From assembly GCA_040754495.1 (NCBI GenBank), contig JBFMCO010000058.1, positions 1 to 17,524 of the forward strand: a DNA stretch of 17,524 nucleotides. The letters run 5' to 3'. The notes beneath the pieces are model-generated. The model saw nothing but the letters and a program-made list of their open reading frames with translations, was not told where the DNA came from and searched no databases. Shown one piece after another: positions 13,476 through 17,524 of the stretch; the first letter of the stretch is position 1; each line of letters begins with the position of its first letter. The translations under genes and the position numbers were made by a program. The DNA comes from Candidatus Micrarchaeota archaeon (GTDB taxonomy: Archaea; Micrarchaeota; Micrarchaeia; Anstonellales; Bilamarchaeaceae).

Positions 13476-14924
13476 ATGGCAGCCTATAAGATGTACATCG
13501 GGGGGGAGTGGGTAGGCGCTGATTCAGAGTTCGAGTCGCTCAATCCCAGCAACGGAAAAGTCATAGCGCGGTTCCCGCAGGGCGGGGCGGCGCACGTCGA
13601 TTTGGCCGTCGAGGCTGCGCGCGAGGCCCTGCCGGCATGGTCGCGGACGCCCCCGCCGAAGAGGGGCCTCATCCTGCTGAAGGCGGCCGGGCTGCTGAGG
13701 AAGGACAAGCAGAGGCTCGGGCGGCTTGTCGCGACCGAGATGGGAAAGGTGATGAAGGAGGCCCTCGGCGACGTCCAGGAGGCAATAGACACCTTCGAGT
13801 ATTTCGCAGGGGAAGGCCGCAGGCTTTTCGGGCACACCACGACGAGCGAGCTGCGCGACAAGTTCTCGATGACAATCCGGAGGCCGGTCGGGGTGATGGG
13901 GCTGATAAGCCCGTGGAACTTCCCCATCGCGATTCCTGCCTGGAAGCTCGCGCCAGCGCTCCTTTGCGGCAACACGGTCGTGTTCAAGCCGAGCTCGGAC
14001 ACCCCCCTCTGCGCATACGAGATGGTGAGGCTCCTCCTCAGGGCCGGCGTTCCCCCTGGCGTGGTGAATTTCGTCACGGGGCCGGCATCCAGCGTCGGCG
14101 AGGCCATCGTGAAGCATCCCGGGATGGAGGGGCTTTCTTTCACGGGCTCGAGGTCCACCGGCGAGTGGATTGTGAAGAACGCAGGGCTGAAGAAGGTCGG
14201 GCTGGAGCTTGGCGGGAAGAACCCGATTATAGTCATGGATGACGCGGACCTGGAGCTTGCCGTGGAAGGAATCATCTGGGGGGCTTTCGGGACTACGGGC
14301 CAGCGGTGCACCGCGGCCAGCCGGGTGATAGCGCACCGAAAAGTCAAAAAGAGGCTGCTCTCTGCAATCGTGACGCGGGCGCGGATGATGCGCCTCGGTG
14401 ACCCGACCAAGGCCACGACCGACATGGGGCCGCTCATAAACAAGGCCGCGCGGGACAAGGCCGCAAGATATGCCGAGATTGGCTGCAACGAGGGCGCGAA
14501 GCTGCTTTGCGGGGGGAGCGCGCCGCAGGGCCCGGGCTACTTCTACAGGCCTACTGTCTTCGATGCTGTGGAGAGAGACATGAGGATAGCGCAGGAGGAG
14601 ATATTCGGGCCGGTCCTGTCTGTGCTCGAGTTCGATACGCTGGACGAGGCGATAGACATAGCTAATTCAGTGGATTACGGCCTCAGCTCATCCGTCTACA
14701 CGCGAGACGTGAACAATGCGTTCAAGGCTATTGAAGGGATAGAGGCTGGCCTGACATATGTAAATTCGAGCACCATCGGCTCCGAGGTGCACCTGCCTTT
14801 CGGCGGGGTGAAGAAGACAGGCCACACGCGCGAGGCGGGCATACACGGGCTCGAGGAGTTCTCGAATGTCAAGACGGTTTATGTGGATTATTCCGGGAAG
14901 CTCCAGAAGGCGCAGATAGATTGA
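13476..14924 (+). CDS. NAD(P)+-dependent aldehyde dehydrogenase (482 aa)
   Basis: PWNFP, KPS, FTGS, ELGGKN, catalytic Cys in GQRCTA, EEIFGP and PFGG. The start is reassigned to ATG 13476. Confidence 0.96.
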   Translation: MAAYKMYIGGEWVGADSEFESLNPSNGKVIARFPQGGAAHVDLAVEAAREALPAWSRTPPPKRGLILLKAAGLLRKDKQRLGRLVATEMGKVMKEALGDVQEAIDTFEYFAGEGRRLFGHTTTSELRDKFSMTIRRPVGVMGLISPWNFPIAIPAWKLAPALLCGNTVVFKPSSDTPLCAYEMVRLLLRAGVPPGVVNFVTGPASSVGEAIVKHPGMEGLSFTGSRSTGEWIVKNAGLKKVGLELGGKNPIIVMDDADLELAVEGIIWGAFGTTGQRCTAASRVIAHRKVKKRLLSAIVTRARMMRLGDPTKATTDMGPLINKAARDKAARYAEIGCNEGAKLLCGGSAPQGPGYFYRPTVFDAVERDMRIAQEEIFGPVLSVLEFDTLDEAIDIANSVDYGLSSSVYTRDVNNAFKAIEGIEAGLTYVNSSTIGSEVHLPFGGVKKTGHTREAGIHGLEEFSNVKTVYVDYSGKLQKAQID

Positions 14925-14928
14925 GGAT

Positions 14929-15372
14929 TCACCTCGCCCCACGGCGCTCAAGAGTCCGTATCCGGCGCTCGAGGTCGGCGCAGTGGCGGCGCTTTTCCCG
15001 GCTGACATCCGGGCCGCAGTCGCGCGCGTACTCGTAGTACGGGCTCCTGGCCCGGCTTTCGCGGCGCACAGCTTCTTCGTATTTCCTTCCCATCTCGCCA
15101 TCCTGCTGCGTGGCCTGCGCAGCCGGCCTTTCCGCAGCCTGCGGCGGGGCTGAATCCTGCCCGCCGTATTTCCAGGCGCCGTAGACGAGCGCGGCTATGG
15201 CCAAGGCGACGGCCAGGCCGCCGAGGGCTTCCTTCCTTTCCGCGGGCGTACTGGGGCCGCCAGGGCCGTCAAGGCCGAACGCGCTTTTTAGTTCCCTTAT
15301 CGTTTCCCGCCGGTTGGCGCGTATCGATCTCCTGTAATTCTCCCTGACGGACTCTTCGCTGGAATCGTGCAC
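14929..15372 (-). CDS. hypothetical single-pass membrane protein (147 aa)
   Basis: One hydrophobic stretch (ALGGLAVALAIAALVYGAW), a Cys pair in the C-terminal part and a GGTGG Shine-Dalgarno before GTG. Confidence 0.65.
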   Translation of the reverse strand: MHDSSEESVRENYRRSIRANRRETIRELKSAFGLDGPGGPSTPAERKEALGGLAVALAIAALVYGAWKYGGQDSAPPQAAERPAAQATQQDGEMGRKYEEAVRRESRARSPYYEYARDCGPDVSREKRRHCADLERRIRTLERRGAR

Positions 15373-15411
15373 GAACCCACCAGTCGGTATTTGGCCGGAA
15401 AAGGATTAAAT

Positions 15412-15747
15412 TCAGCAGGTAAGGTGGAAGAGCCCGATGACGCCCGGGCCGGCCATATCATTGTATCTTTTCACCGCTTCCTCGGTCAGGCAGACGATGA
15501 GCTTTATTCCCGCGGATTTGCAGTGCTCTGATACTTCCTCGTCGACTTCCATTGTGCCCTCGTGGCCGGTCCCGACGATAAGCGTCCTGGGCTTTGCGGC
15601 GAGGACTTCCGCGAGGTCAGCCATCTGCAGCTTGTGGCCTTCCTTGCGCCACCAGTCGGCCTTTAGCCTGTCCGGGAAGACGATGAGGTCCCGGCGGAAC
15701 TCCATGCCGTCGATTACGAGCTTCCCGAAGGAATACGATTCTATCAC
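15412..15747 (-). CDS. Mth938-like (DUF498) protein, 111 aa
   Basis: IESYSFGKLVIDG...DLIVFPD...WWRKEGH...IVGTG...FHLTC. The start is reassigned to GTG 15747. Confidence 0.92.
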   Translation of the reverse strand: MIESYSFGKLVIDGMEFRRDLIVFPDRLKADWWRKEGHKLQMADLAEVLAAKPRTLIVGTGHEGTMEVDEEVSEHCKSAGIKLIVCLTEEAVKRYNDMAGPGVIGLFHLTC

Positions 15748-15798
15748 GGATGGGTTTCCGCAGCATTCTTTAAAAACTCGAAACCCGAAACCCAGAAC

Positions 15799-16329
15799 AT
15801 GAAGGAGGCGGCAAGGCTTTTCGTGATGCAGCTCCAGTACGGAGGCATCCCGGAGGAGATATACCACTTCCTCCCGGAGCACGAGAAGGCGATGCTAAGG
15901 GAGGACAAGGGCAGGTTCTACCTCAAGGATGACGAAAGGGGGCGCCTCAGGGTCGTCCTGACCGGAGGCGTGTTCGACGTCCTCCACATAGGGCACATAT
16001 TCACCCTGCACGAGGCGAGGAAATACGGGGACGTGCTCGTTGTCGCCGTGGCGAGGGACGACCACATAAGGAAGAAGGGCAGGGAACCGGTCCACGGCGT
16101 GGAATACAGGAAGATAATGGTCGAGTCCATAAAAAGCGTGGACCTCGCGCTCGCGGGCTTCGACGACCCGAAGAAGATGCTCGGCCTGGTGAAGCCGGAT
16201 GTCATCGTCTACGGCTACGACCAGAAGGAGGCCTTCAGGCCGAAGGGCGTGGAGATAGTGAAGCTGAAGAGGATGGTAGACGACTCGAAGTTCAAGACCG
16301 GAAAGATTCTCGAGGAGCTTGGCCTCTGA
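15799..16329 (+). CDS. ribL: HxGH cytidylyltransferase-family protein, probably archaeal FAD synthase, with an N-terminal extension of about 50 aa
   Basis: VVLTGGVFDVLHIGH, VAVARD, KPDVIVYGYDQ. Confidence 0.75.
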   Translation: MKEAARLFVMQLQYGGIPEEIYHFLPEHEKAMLREDKGRFYLKDDERGRLRVVLTGGVFDVLHIGHIFTLHEARKYGDVLVVAVARDDHIRKKGREPVHGVEYRKIMVESIKSVDLALAGFDDPKKMLGLVKPDVIVYGYDQKEAFRPKGVEIVKLKRMVDDSKFKTGKILEELGL

Positions 16330-16377
16330 CGTAGGGCAATCGGGTAAATTTATAAACATTTTATGAGTTCTAGTGGC

Positions 16378-16761
16378 ATGATTCTTGGCCAGTTCAGACC
16401 GTTGGCGATGAAGCCGCCGGGCGAGGAGGAGAAGGAGCCGGAGGTCACGCAGAAGCCCCCGGAGTCCCAGAAATCCAGCAGCGCGGACGACTTCCTCAAG
16501 ACTCCGGAGACCAAGGAGTTCATCAGCAGCTGGGCGGGCAAGAGGGAGGACGGCAAGCCCGTCTACACGAAGAGGGGCATCACGTCGCTACTCCGCGAGC
16601 TCTACCCCAACTACGACTCCAACAAGGCCATCCTGCTCGGTGCCGACAAGCTCCTCAAGCTGCTTGGCGGCACGGACGGCCTCACCGCATTCCTCGCAGG
16701 CTGGAAAGCCAAGTCCGAGGGCCTCATAAAGGGCCTGAAGACGATTTTGGGCGGAGGATAG
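16378..16761 (+). CDS. hypothetical protein (about 127 aa)
   Basis: Track ORF 16363..16761. ATG 16378 is preferred because it lies about 21 nt after TTTATAAA (16349-16356). Confidence 0.7.
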   Translation: MILGQFRPLAMKPPGEEEKEPEVTQKPPESQKSSSADDFLKTPETKEFISSWAGKREDGKPVYTKRGITSLLRELYPNYDSNKAILLGADKLLKLLGGTDGLTAFLAGWKAKSEGLIKGLKTILGGG

Positions 16762-16893
16762 ATGGCCAATAGCGAGGAAGTGAAGGAGCTCATAAGGAAA
16801 GGGCTCTGCCCCGTCTGCAGGAACAGACTCGTGCACATGGAAGGCTGCATAGAGTGCGAATTCTGCGGATGGAGCGCGTGCGAGGAAGCCTAG
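16762..16893 (+). CDS. 43-aa stand-alone Zn-ribbon protein (MANSEEVKELIRKGLCPVCRNRLVHMEGCIECEFCGWSACEEA)
   Basis: Translated by hand. It has a GGAGG Shine-Dalgarno, a TAG-ATG junction with the upstream gene, and six Cys in a CPxC..EGCxxCxxCGWSxC pattern. Confidence 0.85.
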   Translation: MANSEEVKELIRKGLCPVCRNRLVHMEGCIECEFCGWSACEEA

Positions 16894-16933
16894 ATATTTA
16901 AAATGAAGTCATGATGATTTTTCTGCTCGTTAT

Positions 16934-17006
16934 GCCTCGGTAGCTCAGTCGGTAGAGCGGCTGACTGTTAATCAGCAGGCCGGAAGTTCAAATCTTCCCC
17001 GGGGCG
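16934..17006 (+). tRNA. tRNA-Asn(GTT), no intron, no encoded CCA
   Basis: GCCTCGG/CCGGGGC plus G, D stem GCTC/GAGC, GCTGA-CT-GTT-AA-TCAGC and GGAAG-TTCAAAT-CTTCC. TTTAAAA lies about 30 nt upstream. Confidence 0.97.
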
Positions 17007-17010
17007 TAAT

Positions 17011-17370
17011 TTACTTTTCGAAATATGCTTTTACTTCAGGATGAAAGAATAAATACAGTAAAATTATGCCAAAGACAGTGCCGATTGGAAATCCGAATAA
17101 ATCAAGGAATGCACCGGCTATTCCAAGGTATCTCCCAAGTTTGTTTCTTTTCCAAACCAAATAAGGCACAATTAGCCATAGTGCTATCACCAGCAAAAGC
17201 ACTCCAAAAAGAAGAAGATGCGATTCACGAATGCCTGCTACTAAAAGGAAGAAAAGAGAAACAACAAAAAGCAAAGCTAAGAGTATTGCTGGAACAAGAT
17301 GAATCACGATCAGAATTTTTACTTTTCCTGGCATTTTTGAGAAGTCATTACTAATATGTGAAAAATCCAT
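17011..17370 (-). CDS. small multi-pass membrane protein (about 119 aa), low GC
   Basis: Three to four hydrophobic segments ending in FPIGTVFGIILLYLFFHPEVKAYF. ATG 17370 is preferred because the track's GTG 17409 lies inside the IS end. Confidence 0.7.
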   Translation of the reverse strand: MDFSHISNDFSKMPGKVKILIVIHLVPAILLALLFVVSLFFLLVAGIRESHLLLFGVLLLVIALWLIVPYLVWKRNKLGRYLGIAGAFLDLFGFPIGTVFGIILLYLFFHPEVKAYFEK

Positions 17371-17399
17371 CTTAATTGGAGGGCCAAAAAGTACCGAGG

Positions 17400-17524
17400 T
17401 GGACTGCACCCCTAAAAGTGGACAATTAGAAAAGACTCATCCCACTATTGAAAAGGGGTGCAAAAATGAAATTGAAGCGCAGGTTCACGAGAGAATTCAA
17501 GCTGGCAGTAGTACGGGAGCTGCA
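17400..17524 (+). mobile_element. left end of an IS3-family (IS150-like) insertion sequence
   Basis: Starts with TG and reads TGGACTGCACCCCTAAAAGTGGACA (17400-17424), resembling IS150-group terminal repeats as I recall them. An OrfA-like start follows. Confidence 0.8.
17466..17524 (+). CDS. IS3-family transposase OrfA N-terminus, partial (MKLKRRFTREFKLAVVREL...)
   Basis: RRFTREFK..V is typical of the HTH_Tnp_1 start. An AGGGGTG Shine-Dalgarno-like sequence lies upstream. Confidence 0.8.
   Translation, partial: MKLKRRFTREFKLAVVREL

Overview
This is an archaeal chromosomal window. The archaeal signs are tRNAs without encoded CCA, BHB-type tRNA introns, TATA-like promoters, RtcB with archease, an archaeal-type dUTPase and a RibL-like protein. 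A DPANN/Micrarchaeota-like host is my guess, not something the sequence shows. From left to right: (1) 1-~3250 is the end of a lower-GC integrated element. It carries a tyrosine integrase with a C-terminal Zn ribbon, next to the 3' end of tRNA-Glu(CTC). It also has a divergent RHH/wHTH gene pair around a palindromic operator and a chain of microproteins that the ORF track missed. (2) tRNA-Glu(CTC) is split by two long introns (15/16 and 37/38) built from palindromic modules. (3) High-GC host genes follow: a membrane-anchored wHTH regulator with two secreted or lipoprotein genes, rtcB, a lipoprotein esterase, a COG0523 GTPase coupled to archease, carbamate kinase divergent from an ArcE-like arginine synthetase, dUTPase, an aldehyde dehydrogenase, an Mth938-like protein, a RibL-like nucleotidyltransferase and a stand-alone Zn ribbon. 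(4) After tRNA-Asn(GTT), a second low-GC segment begins, containing the left end of an IS3-family element. Family assignments come from motif recognition by eye; no searches were run.
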